Positions 9,772 to 18,191 of a DNA stretch of 64,000 nucleotides are shown here, piece after piece. A program made the position numbers and the translations under genes. The notes beneath the pieces were generated by a model, which was not told the DNA's origin, ran no database searches, and worked only from the letters and a program-made list of their open reading frames with translations. Source of the DNA: Gammaproteobacteria bacterium (GTDB lineage Bacteria; Pseudomonadota; Gammaproteobacteria; DSM-16500). How positions within the stretch are numbered: position 1 is the stretch's first letter; each line of letters begins with the position of its first letter. The stretch is taken from assembly GCA_041690995.1 (NCBI GenBank), contig JBEPVM010000001.1, forward strand, positions 9,183 to 73,182. Direction: 5' to 3'.

Positions 9772-11969
9772 TGCGTTTTTTTATTAAATATTTGTTGATT
9801 ATTGTTTTTGCCAGCCTGGTCACAGCCGCTTATTTAGCATGCTGTACGACTCGAGGATTACGATTTGACTTGCAGTATATTATGCAGCTTCTGCCTGGAA
9901 AATTAAAAATAGAAAAAATCAGTGGCACTTTATTAGCTGGATTTTCTTTACAAGGTATTTCCTACCAAACAAAAGAAGAGAAAATAAATTTGCAATCAAT
10001 CACGACAAGCTGGTATCCCAAACAACTTCTTTATGGAAAATTAGTGATTGATTCACTTTTATTAGAGAAACCACAAATCACTTTTTTTGATGAAAACTCA
10101 ACATCCAGCGATATTACTTTAGATGATTTTGAATTCTTACGTCACATAACAGTGCGTCATTTAGTCATTCATCAACTCAATATCAAAAAATCAGGCATGA
10201 AATTTAATTTAACGGGCGAATTGAAAAATAAATGGGATTTTCACTGGCAACTCAGCATTCCAACCTGTCATATTTTTTATAATGGTTGCTCAGGCTCTTT
10301 TATAGGCTCAGGTAGTGTCAAAGGTGAACGATCATGTCCACTTTTTAACGTGGCAATGCGAGGCGATCGTCTAAAAATAGCCGAAGAAAAAATTAACAGA
10401 CTCGTTGGTGAAGCACATATTGGTGGAATACAATCAAAAATAAATTCATCCATTCATCTGATTGCTACACAGTTAGAAATAGAAAATCATCCCATTAAGA
10501 AAATAGATTTAACAATTTTGGGTAAAGCTGCTTATAAAAAACATACTCTTTCGGCTCAATCGCAAGTCTTGATTGCACAGCAGCCCGTTTTATTTTTGAA
10601 TGCCAATTTGCCTGATTTTTCAGACTTTACCAATTCAAGACAACCCTTAACTGCTGTGCTTAAATTAAATTTTATAAATTTGGATGCATTACATAATGTG
10701 GTTCCTGAAATCGAGCATCCTCAAGGCATCTTAAAGGGAATTATTAATATAAATGGAACAATTGCCAAACCTGAAATAACAGGAACAGTTTATTTGACGC
10801 AAGGACAATTGACTATCCCTGCATTAGGGATTCATCCTAAAGAAATGACGATGGAAGCGATACTCAAAAAGAATATCCTAACGGTGAATGGCAGTTTGCA
10901 TTCAGGAAAAGGAACAGCGCAAATACAAGGGAATATTGATTTAAACAAACCAGATTTTCCAGCCACATTCGTTTTACAAGGAAATAATCTTAACGCTGTT
11001 GATTTACCGAAGTTTAAAGTGATACTTTCACCCCACTTAAAAATAAACCTTGTTTACCCACAGGTGCAATTACAAGGCAAGATTTTTATTCCGGAAGCCG
11101 CGATCAAACTGAAAGATTTTATCAACACTGTCACATTGCCAGAGGAAACTGTATTCGTTGGTCAATCTGAAACTAAAAAATTATCTTTTCTCTCGGGAGC
11201 AGATATAAAAGTTGAAGTTGATTTAGGGCAGAACATTTTCTTTACTTATAAAGAGCTTGAAACTTATTTAAAAGGAAAATTACTCATTACTCAAATGCCA
11301 AATAGCCCTCCTACTGGAACGGGTGAAATAACGGCTATCCATGGAAAGTATTCTATTTATGGACAAGATCTGGTAATAAAAACAGGTCGGCTTATTTTTG
11401 CAGGGAATGTGCTTACTGATCCTGGGCTACAAATTGAAGCGACTCGCAAAGTAAAAGACATGAATCCAGCGAGCGATATTGCATCCATGCCCTCTCTTGA
11501 TAATGATATTAATACCGAGACAACTGTCGGCATCCGCATTCTAGGCACCTTAAATAACCCGCAAATTACATTATTCTCTATCCCTATAGGCTTAACACAA
11601 GCCCAAATCTTGTCCTCTCTAGGCGGCGAAGGTTCTGCATTCATAGGCGCTTTATCGGCTTTAAGTCCAGGTGTATCAAATGCAGGCGGTTTAATGAATA
11701 AGTTCACAAAAATGTTAGGAACCACAGAAATCAATATTGCTTCTGTACAAACATTTGATACCGCTACTAATCAAATGCAATCAACGCCTTCTTTTGTCGT
11801 AGGCAAGAAAATTTCTCAGAAATTATCATTACATTACAGTATCGGAATTTTTAATCCTGTTTCTGTTTTGAATGTGCGTTATCAATTAAACAAGCACTGG
11901 GCAATTCAATCAGAAACCAGCACTATTGATAATGGCGCAGATATTTTGTATGGATTTGAAAGACCTTAA
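9771..11969 (+). CDS. tamB: translocation and assembly module subunit TamB (DUF490), short form
   Basis: 732 aa with an N-terminal signal-anchor, a long beta-rich body and a C-terminal DUF490-like end ...LSLHYSIGIFNPVSVLNVRYQLNKHWAIQSETS. It is paired with tamA. Confidence 0.7.
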   Translation: MRFFIKYLLIIVFASLVTAAYLACCTTRGLRFDLQYIMQLLPGKLKIEKISGTLLAGFSLQGISYQTKEEKINLQSITTSWYPKQLLYGKLVIDSLLLEKPQITFFDENSTSSDITLDDFEFLRHITVRHLVIHQLNIKKSGMKFNLTGELKNKWDFHWQLSIPTCHIFYNGCSGSFIGSGSVKGERSCPLFNVAMRGDRLKIAEEKINRLVGEAHIGGIQSKINSSIHLIATQLEIENHPIKKIDLTILGKAAYKKHTLSAQSQVLIAQQPVLFLNANLPDFSDFTNSRQPLTAVLKLNFINLDALHNVVPEIEHPQGILKGIININGTIAKPEITGTVYLTQGQLTIPALGIHPKEMTMEAILKKNILTVNGSLHSGKGTAQIQGNIDLNKPDFPATFVLQGNNLNAVDLPKFKVILSPHLKINLVYPQVQLQGKIFIPEAAIKLKDFINTVTLPEETVFVGQSETKKLSFLSGADIKVEVDLGQNIFFTYKELETYLKGKLLITQMPNSPPTGTGEITAIHGKYSIYGQDLVIKTGRLIFAGNVLTDPGLQIEATRKVKDMNPASDIASMPSLDNDINTETTVGIRILGTLNNPQITLFSIPIGLTQAQILSSLGGEGSAFIGALSALSPGVSNAGGLMNKFTKMLGTTEINIASVQTFDTATNQMQSTPSFVVGKKISQKLSLHYSIGIFNPVSVLNVRYQLNKHWAIQSETSTIDNGADILYGFERP

Positions 11970-12024
11970 AAAATGACTTAATAGTAACCTCTATTTTTTT
12001 AATATTTTTAACAGAATAAATCCT

Positions 12025-12052
12025 CTTGAAATTTTACATTCTGACCCTATCT
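12025..12052 (+). promoter_or_regulatory. sigma-32 type heat-shock promoter upstream of hsp20
   Basis: CTTGAAA (12025-12031), a 13-nt spacer, then CCCTATCT (12045-12052), compared with the consensus CTTGAAA-N13-15-CCCCATNT. It lies 40 nt upstream of the ATG, with AGGAGAG as SD. Confidence 0.55.
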
Positions 12053-12092
12053 TATAATTAGGTTAATTAAATTTCATATAGGAGAGATTACT

Positions 12093-12530
12093 ATGTTAAT
12101 ACGTCATAATCCGTTTATGGTACTGAATGAAATTAATAAATTATTTGATGACAAGCTGGAATTTTCAGAGAGAGATGATTCAGCCGTAGAAAGCGGCGAT
12201 TGGTTGCCATCGGTTGATATTAAGGAAGAACCGACTCGGTTTCTGTTAGATATGGATGTGCCAGGCGTTGAGTCAGGAAAAATTGAAGTATCCATGGAAA
12301 ATAATATATTAACAATTAAAGGGCAGCGTGATGATGTCCAAAAAGAAGAGAAGAAAAATTATCATCGTATTGAAAGAGTGAGGGGTTCTTTTTATCGACG
12401 TTTTGCTTTGCCTGATACAGCCGATTCTGAAGATATTCAAGCAAAAACAAAACAAGGTGTACTGGAAGTTATCATTAATAAAAAGAAAAGACCTGAATCT
12501 CAGAAAATCAAAATTCAGGTTGAAGAATAA
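12093..12530 (+). CDS. small heat shock protein, Hsp20/alpha-crystallin family (IbpA-like)
   Basis: 145 aa. The alpha-crystallin domain reads WLPSVDIKEE...FLLDMDVPGV...ILTIKGQR...ERVRGSFYRRFALPD...GVLEVII. Confidence 0.9.
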   Translation: MLIRHNPFMVLNEINKLFDDKLEFSERDDSAVESGDWLPSVDIKEEPTRFLLDMDVPGVESGKIEVSMENNILTIKGQRDDVQKEEKKNYHRIERVRGSFYRRFALPDTADSEDIQAKTKQGVLEVIINKKKRPESQKIKIQVEE

Positions 12531-12553
12531 AGGCAAATTTACCTACGAAAGCT

Positions 12554-12684
12554 TGTCATTCCCGCGAAGGCGGGAACCTATTCTGACGCGTAGCTAAACT
12601 GGCCTTAGTAAAAAATTTCCACTTGCTAAGGCAGGTTTAGTTGCACGTCAGAATGGGTTCCCGCCTTCGCGGGAATGACACAGT
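12554..12684. repeat. MITE/REP-like element, copy 2 (core-only, lacks the outer ~20 bp of each TIR)
   Basis: TGTCATTCCCGCGAAGGCGGGAACC ... GGTTCCCGCCTTCGCGGGAATGACA with an internal sequence related to copies 1 and 3. It starts 24 nt after the hsp20 stop. Confidence 0.7.
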
Positions 12685-12736
12685 AGTGATGTATTAAGGA
12701 CATAGTTAAACGAACGTTTTCCTTTTTATTAATATT

Positions 12737-13939
12737 TTATGGCAACAATTGATCCCATATAGGCTGAGCGAGCAGGGGAGCTGGCCACGCATTGAATTCG
12801 CGTTTATTGATAGCAGTAGGCTGAATAGAAAAGTGTGTTAAATAGCGTAATATTTCATTGGCGAGCAGTGGCGCAAATGCCAATTTAATAGGCCATGCGA
12901 CCAGTATATTTCCAATCTCTTGTACAGAACACGTATCAGGGCGCGTGTGATTAGGCTGCAAATTCTCCGCGCGATCAATATAAAAACTCGCAAATTCCGC
13001 ATCAGAAAAATCTAGCCAGGGGAATAATTCTTTTAATTCTTCTTTCGCCTTAAGAATTTGATTTTCGGAAGATAATTTAACGCCTTCTTCAGCAATCTGC
13101 CCGCCTAAATACCAAATACATTTTCCATCTTGCGCTTGATGAGTGGTAATCGTTAATCGAGGCGTTGCGCTTAACCCTAAACAATGGGCATACACAGGAT
13201 CGGTAAAATGATGTTTAACAATCACCATGTGCAAAGGTCTACGTTGTGCACCAATCGCATGATGTTTTAATTTTTTTAATAGCAATTCATTGCCACTGCC
13301 CGCAGTAAAAATAAATTTTTTAGCATTCACTTTTAATGTGTTCGATGCAGATTGAATGGTAAGTGATCTGAGATAATCATTTTCATCTACTTCAAGCTGG
13401 CTTTCTTCCATCGGATCTATTTTAAAAATCACCTCTTGATGCGGGCATATCAATTCACGCAATAGAGCATGTACATCTATGACAGTTTCATCTAACGAAT
13501 AGACTTGGCCTTTAAATTGGGGATGTTGAAAGATAGCAGGAAAATCTTTTTTATCTAATGACTTCGTATGGCTTTTTAAAGCAAGCCCCGCAAAAATTCC
13601 CGCCATTTTTGTGACAAGCGACCCTGTTGACCACAGATATTGTTGTTTTGATAAAATAGGCACTTTCGATAAATCAATTTCGCCTTGTCCTTCCAGGCAG
13701 GCTTTCCATACAGAAGGCATTTTAGCAATGGCCTGTGCTGCGGGCGTTAACTGCCCAGACAATGCGTATTTCATCCCACCATGAATAATCCCTTGGGCTT
13801 TATGGGTTTGCACACCGCCTAATGTGCCTGATTCTAATAAAATAACGGAAGCGTTTAATTGCCTTAAGCGATTTAACAACCATAACCCTGCAATGCCACC
13901 CCCGATGATAACGAAATCAAAGTGAGCATCGATAGACAT
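12737..13939 (-). CDS. FAD-dependent oxidoreductase (glycerol-3-phosphate oxidase/dehydrogenase-like)
   Basis: 400 aa. The N-terminal Rossmann dinucleotide motif is DFVIIGGGIAGLWLLNRL, followed by GIIHGGMKYAL. Confidence 0.65.
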   Translation of the reverse strand: MSIDAHFDFVIIGGGIAGLWLLNRLRQLNASVILLESGTLGGVQTHKAQGIIHGGMKYALSGQLTPAAQAIAKMPSVWKACLEGQGEIDLSKVPILSKQQYLWSTGSLVTKMAGIFAGLALKSHTKSLDKKDFPAIFQHPQFKGQVYSLDETVIDVHALLRELICPHQEVIFKIDPMEESQLEVDENDYLRSLTIQSASNTLKVNAKKFIFTAGSGNELLLKKLKHHAIGAQRRPLHMVIVKHHFTDPVYAHCLGLSATPRLTITTHQAQDGKCIWYLGGQIAEEGVKLSSENQILKAKEELKELFPWLDFSDAEFASFYIDRAENLQPNHTRPDTCSVQEIGNILVAWPIKLAFAPLLANEILRYLTHFSIQPTAINKREFNAWPAPLLAQPIWDQLLP

Positions 13940-13951
13940 AATCCATTGTCC

Positions 13952-14221
13952 TCAAATAATTTCTTTAGTGGATTCTTTAATGACTTCTAATAGATAAATC
14001 CGCCGATGGTCGCTATGCAATACTTTAAAGAAAAAATTTCCAATCACGATAGATTCACCTTGTTTAGGCAAATGTCCTATACGGTGCATGATTAAATCAC
14101 CCATCGTATCTACAGTTTCATCATTGATCTCTGTATCAAAGTATTCATTAAAATCATCTACTGAAATGCTTGCTTTAACAGTATAAGAACCTGTTTGATT
14201 TTTTTCGATTTCATCGTCCAT
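13952..14221 (-). CDS. stand-alone CorC_HlyC (transporter-associated) domain protein; CorC/YbeX lacking its CBS pair
   Basis: 89 aa with ...YTVKASISVDDFNEYFDTEI..ETVDTMGDLIMHRIGHLPKQGESIVIGNFFFKVLHSDHRRIYLLEV, which matches only the C-terminal domain of CorC. It starts 18 nt after the ybeY stop, where full-length ybeX normally sits. Confidence 0.65.
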   Translation of the reverse strand: MDDEIEKNQTGSYTVKASISVDDFNEYFDTEINDETVDTMGDLIMHRIGHLPKQGESIVIGNFFFKVLHSDHRRIYLLEVIKESTKEII

Positions 14222-14239
14222 TTTACTTCTCTTGACTAT

Positions 14240-14701
14240 TTAATAGGGGTTTGAAAAACCCAACGATTCTAACACAGTGATCTCTAAAGATTCCATGATA
14301 ATAGCATCTGCTTCTACTTCATGATCGTAACCTAATAAATGTAAAATGCCATGCGTCACGATATGCGCCCAATGCGCAATGGGTTTTTTTTCCTGCGCGA
14401 TGGCTTCTTGATTAACAACATCCGCGCAGATGACTATATCACCTAGCAATAAAGGTTTTTTTTTTATATTGATAGTTATATTTTCGGAATCATAAGGAAA
14501 GGATAATACATTCGTCACGCCTTCTTTATGACGATATTGAGTGTTAAGTTTTATCATTTCTAAGGGATCAACAATTCGGATAGTTATTTCAACATCCTCT
14601 GTTGTTTGATTTTTTAATACTTTTTTCGCCCATTTTCTTAATTGCCCTGCCGCAGGCATTGTATTCTTAGGTACCGCACACTGAATAAAAATATGATGCA
14701 T
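14240..14701 (-). CDS. ybeY: rRNA maturation endoribonuclease YbeY
   Basis: 153 aa with the zinc motif HGILHLLGYDHE. Confidence 0.9.
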   Translation of the reverse strand: MHHIFIQCAVPKNTMPAAGQLRKWAKKVLKNQTTEDVEITIRIVDPLEMIKLNTQYRHKEGVTNVLSFPYDSENITINIKKKPLLLGDIVICADVVNQEAIAQEKKPIAHWAHIVTHGILHLLGYDHEVEADAIIMESLEITVLESLGFSNPY

Positions 14702-14917
14702 TATGTTGTGTCACCAGACGATTTTTAGTGCTGGCGATTATAGCTGAGGCAAGAGGATATAGCTAAGAGATATAACGCGCCTGCATTAACCACGCTGTTA
14801 GTTGTTGCGAATAAGCGATCCTGTTGGTTGATTAATGCTCTATTTAGCTCAAATTTGCGCTTACACTTGCTCTTGATATTAATATAATTTACGCGCGAAA
14901 ATCATAAGAAATATATT

Positions 14918-15499
14918 TTATTTAATTGACTGCTCGACCATGTAAACTAACTCTGTAATGGATTTAATCGCACCAGACTCTGAATATTCAATTTTTTTAG
15001 TTTTACTATTCCAGATCATAACTCCGAACCGATGCTCAAGAATGACTCCGTCTAGGAGTCTTGCTATTCTAGTTAAATCTTTATCTGCGTCCAGTATAAC
15101 AGAAAAATCTTTGCTTACCGTGTTGTCAACATTAATCAATATCCCGAATTTACACTTAGAAACTAAACAGTATCCAATCAGTTGACTCAGATCCTTTAAC
15201 CCCAATCTCTTAATTTTTTTAACTTCAAAAATAATGATTTCAAAAGCGCCGTTTTCCAAGTTTTCGACTAGTATTGATATGTCAAGACGTAATCTATGGA
15301 CTGATTTCCCAAAATGATTCAATGCATGACCCGCATCATATCCGTTCACGATTAATGTTCGTATAGTCGAACCGATCTCTCCAATTAACGCCTTTACAGC
15401 AAACTTATCGGATGATGTTAAGTTGGCGCGAAATATTTGAATTAACACCTCGGCTATTTCATCATAATAATCGACTTCTAACCTGTTTTTATCTTTCAT
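14918..15499 (-). CDS. PD-(D/E)xK-fold nuclease candidate (putative restriction endonuclease component)
   Basis: The D...E-x-K pattern is HRLRLDISILVEN...AFEIIIFEVKKIK, followed by a helix LKDLSQLIGYCL and a strand KFGILINV. The start at 15499 gives an ATGA overlap with the upstream ORF stop; the track ORF extends to 15523. Confidence 0.5.
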   Translation of the reverse strand: MKDKNRLEVDYYDEIAEVLIQIFRANLTSSDKFAVKALIGEIGSTIRTLIVNGYDAGHALNHFGKSVHRLRLDISILVENLENGAFEIIIFEVKKIKRLGLKDLSQLIGYCLVSKCKFGILINVDNTVSKDFSVILDADKDLTRIARLLDGVILEHRFGVMIWNSKTKKIEYSESGAIKSITELVYMVEQSIK

Positions 15500-16884
15500 T
15501 TTCTTTTTTCCAATATTATGCATTCTTCAAACATAGGCTGCCTCACTCGCAGTCTTACGCCATCTTTACTTATTAATTTTTCATTAAAATCATCATTAAC
15601 ATAACCCACTAAGCATGAAAAAAAATCCCCCTCGATTAACAAGCAGGTGCCTCTATTAGGCAATCCCACTTTTATCTTCAGTTTCTTTATTTCGTCTATG
15701 TTTTCATTTATTAAATCATTATAATTACCTAATACTCGTTTTCCCTTTATCTTGCTCTTGGTGGTTGCGGCATAAATATAAGCAATTCCTTGCATGATTT
15801 GATTTATGGGGAATCCATCTGATTTAGCGAGCCCAGACAAAAGAGCGTTTCTATCTTTCTTAAATATATCTGCCAAGAAGTCGATATCACAGCCGATAAA
15901 TTTATATTTCGTCTTGCGCAAGTATTCTTCTTTTTCAACAATAGCGTTAATTTCATCCTTATCCCCCTTACTAAGAATAGTGAAGGGACAAACATATTTT
16001 TTGAAATCATTTATGCTTTTAATCTTGCCATTTGATAGGCCTATTCCAAATAATTCGGCGAGATGAGTATAGTGAATAAAGTGCAAACCACGAATATAAG
16101 GCGGCAGCCAGTCACTATCCTCGTCAATATGTAGCGTGGTTCTTCCTTCTATTTTCGTCTCCTTACCAACCACTGTATTCGGCTGATCCTGCAATTCCTT
16201 ATTTTCCTCAGCGGACAGTTTTTTTGCCTGAAAAACAAAACCGCCTTTTAGTAGATAATCATCTAGCGCGACCCTGATTTTAAAACCTTTTTTCCACGCA
16301 CGATAATATCGATCGGTTCCACTATGTTGATTTGGATGATTCCATAAAATTTGGTCTGGAATACAACCCATTTTTAATAAAAGTCTAGCTACGCTAGAAA
16401 CAAGAGCGAAGTTCTTTCCTTTAAACTCCAGGGAAACGACTTGAAAATCATGAGTGAATCATCTATGAGTAGCAGCCAGACTTCCAACCGTATCGACAAG
16501 TCCCGAGATAAACGATCTAATCATCTCTTTGTTTGTGAATGCATGTTCAAGCTTTTCTAGATTAGCGCACTCTCTAAATTCGCCGCTATGACTTAAATTT
16601 AAATCGCTTAAATCTTCTTGTAATTGCCGGCTAATATTATTAAAAATAATTTTCCATGCGGAATCAATTTTGTAGAAAACGTCAATATCATATTGAAGCT
16701 TCCATAATGGCTTAATTCTTTTCAATATATCTTCGGCTATATTGCCACCTCTCTGAGGGTTGAGTTTTAAATCGCCCCATTTTTTATAAGGGAGAACAAT
16801 TTGAAGACCTCCAGACTTTAATATGCCTCCCCCGATCAGCAGACCCATTAGATAACATTTTTCTGTATTTAAGTGTGTAATCAT
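15496..16884 (-). pseudogene. single ~462-codon reading frame interrupted by one in-frame TGA (16459-16461); N-terminal part has two degenerate LAGLIDADG-like motifs; putative DNA-recognition/restriction subunit
   Basis: Track ORFs 16459..16884 and 15496..16371 share a frame. The 87 nt between them translate without a stop (FTHDFQVVSLEFKGKNFALVSSVARLLLK). The motifs are YLMGLLIGGG and FISGLVDTVGS, about 110 aa apart. The start lies 2 nt after the methyltransferase stop. Confidence 0.5.
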
Positions 16885-16886
16885 AG

Positions 16887-17924
16887 TTAATTTTTAAAAT
16901 ATTGTTCTCTTATCGACTTGGCTATATGAAAAGCAAGTCGCACAGGTACGGCGTTACCTATCATTTTGTATTTTTGACTAACAGAAGCGCCAATAAATTT
17001 AAAATCATCTGGGAAACTTTGAAATCTTGCTATTTCTCGCACCGAATACCTTCTATTTTCCGTTGGATGAACAATCCCCGAATTCTCTGGAGTAGATGCG
17101 GCCGTTATGGTTCCCATAATCTCGCCGAAAGAGAATCTTCGATAAAAATTAGGGGATCTATATTTTTTCATTTCATTTTTAATTTTAATAAGCCGAGGAG
17201 GTAAGTGCTTTTCTGGCACGTTTTTCCACGAGCCTCCTGCTGGAATATGCTCAATTATTTTTTTTGATTGGGGCGATAATTCCCAAACTTCGTGTTTCTC
17301 GCCTTTGGGCGGCTTTTTATTTATGACGCCTCCTACCGTTAATTCATCTTTATTATGAATAGGTGCGGGAAACACAAAACCCTTATCGATATCCTTTCTA
17401 ACGCCGACCATTACAACACGGTGCCTGTTTTGTGGAACACCATAATCGGCGGCATTTACAAGCTTGTAATAAAATGCGTACCCGATTTTTTTTAATTCGT
17501 ACTCCATCCTTTCTGGCATTTTCCTGCCTTCGTTATCTTTTGCGCTAAGAAATCCGCGAACATTTTCTAATAAAACGATTTTCGGTTTTTTTATCTTTAA
17601 AATTTGCAATACATGTTCAAATAAAGTTCCTCTGTCATCATTCACTGACTGTCTCTTTCCAGCGTTAGAAAATGGTTGGCATGGAATTCCTGCAAGCACA
17701 ATATCTGATGCGGGCAAGCTACGTTTATTTATTGTAGTTATATCTTTAATCTCAATCGGCCCAACATTTGTCTCGTAAGTTTCTTTTACTGACCGCTCAA
17801 TATCATTGGCATAAATAATATCGAATCCGGCAAGATGAAAACCAAAATCCAAACCACCGCAGCCAGAGAATAAACCGATAGCTTTGGGGTTGTTTTTTTC
17901 ATTTTTTTTCATTTTTGAATCCAT
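16887..17924 (-). CDS. DNA (cytosine-5)-methyltransferase
   Basis: 345 aa with all diagnostic motifs: I FSGCGGLDFGF, IV GIPCQPFS, VI LLENVRGF, VIII QNRHRV, IX REIARFQSFPDDF, X GNAVP. Confidence 0.92.
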   Translation of the reverse strand: MDSKMKKNEKNNPKAIGLFSGCGGLDFGFHLAGFDIIYANDIERSVKETYETNVGPIEIKDITTINKRSLPASDIVLAGIPCQPFSNAGKRQSVNDDRGTLFEHVLQILKIKKPKIVLLENVRGFLSAKDNEGRKMPERMEYELKKIGYAFYYKLVNAADYGVPQNRHRVVMVGVRKDIDKGFVFPAPIHNKDELTVGGVINKKPPKGEKHEVWELSPQSKKIIEHIPAGGSWKNVPEKHLPPRLIKIKNEMKKYRSPNFYRRFSFGEIMGTITAASTPENSGIVHPTENRRYSVREIARFQSFPDDFKFIGASVSQKYKMIGNAVPVRLAFHIAKSIREQYFKN

Positions 17925-18168
17925 AATAATGAGGCCTTTATTTAAAAATGAATATACTATTAGAAGTTTTGATAATCATGCCATTCCTCATAGGTTCTCG
18001 GTTATGATACTAATGATTCCAGAAGTGGAGGAGTGAAAAAAGGCGCCACTGCTTAAGATGGAGAAATACCAGTATCCAATTATGCATGTGGCGATTCTAT
18101 TTTCCAAGAATTTTTTGACAAGTAATATTGGAGAATGAGCAAACTGCATGCTTGCACCAACCACATTA

Positions 18169-18191
18169 TTATCCACAGAAACTGTGGATAA
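18169..18191. promoter_or_regulatory. perfect palindrome made of two convergent consensus DnaA boxes
   Basis: TTATCCACAG-AAA-CTGTGGATAA has 10-bp arms and a 3-nt spacer. Each arm contains TTATCCACA. It lies about 245 nt upstream of the methyltransferase start and downstream of epmB. Confidence 0.5.

Noticed and set aside
16425-16461. The in-frame TGA as a selenocysteine codon.
   Set aside because: Only a weak 5-6 bp stem (GTTTCC...GGAAAG) starts about 20 nt downstream, which is unlike a bacterial SECIS. There are no sel genes in the window, and nothing suggests a redox-active site.
17893-17909. A8 and A7 homopolymers (T runs on the plus strand) in the first 30 nt of the methyltransferase gene, as a possible phase-variation switch.
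   Set aside because: Runs of 7-8 A/T are common throughout this AT-rich window. An alternative in-frame ATG exists upstream and within the tract. Without strain-to-strain length variation there is no evidence for phase variation.
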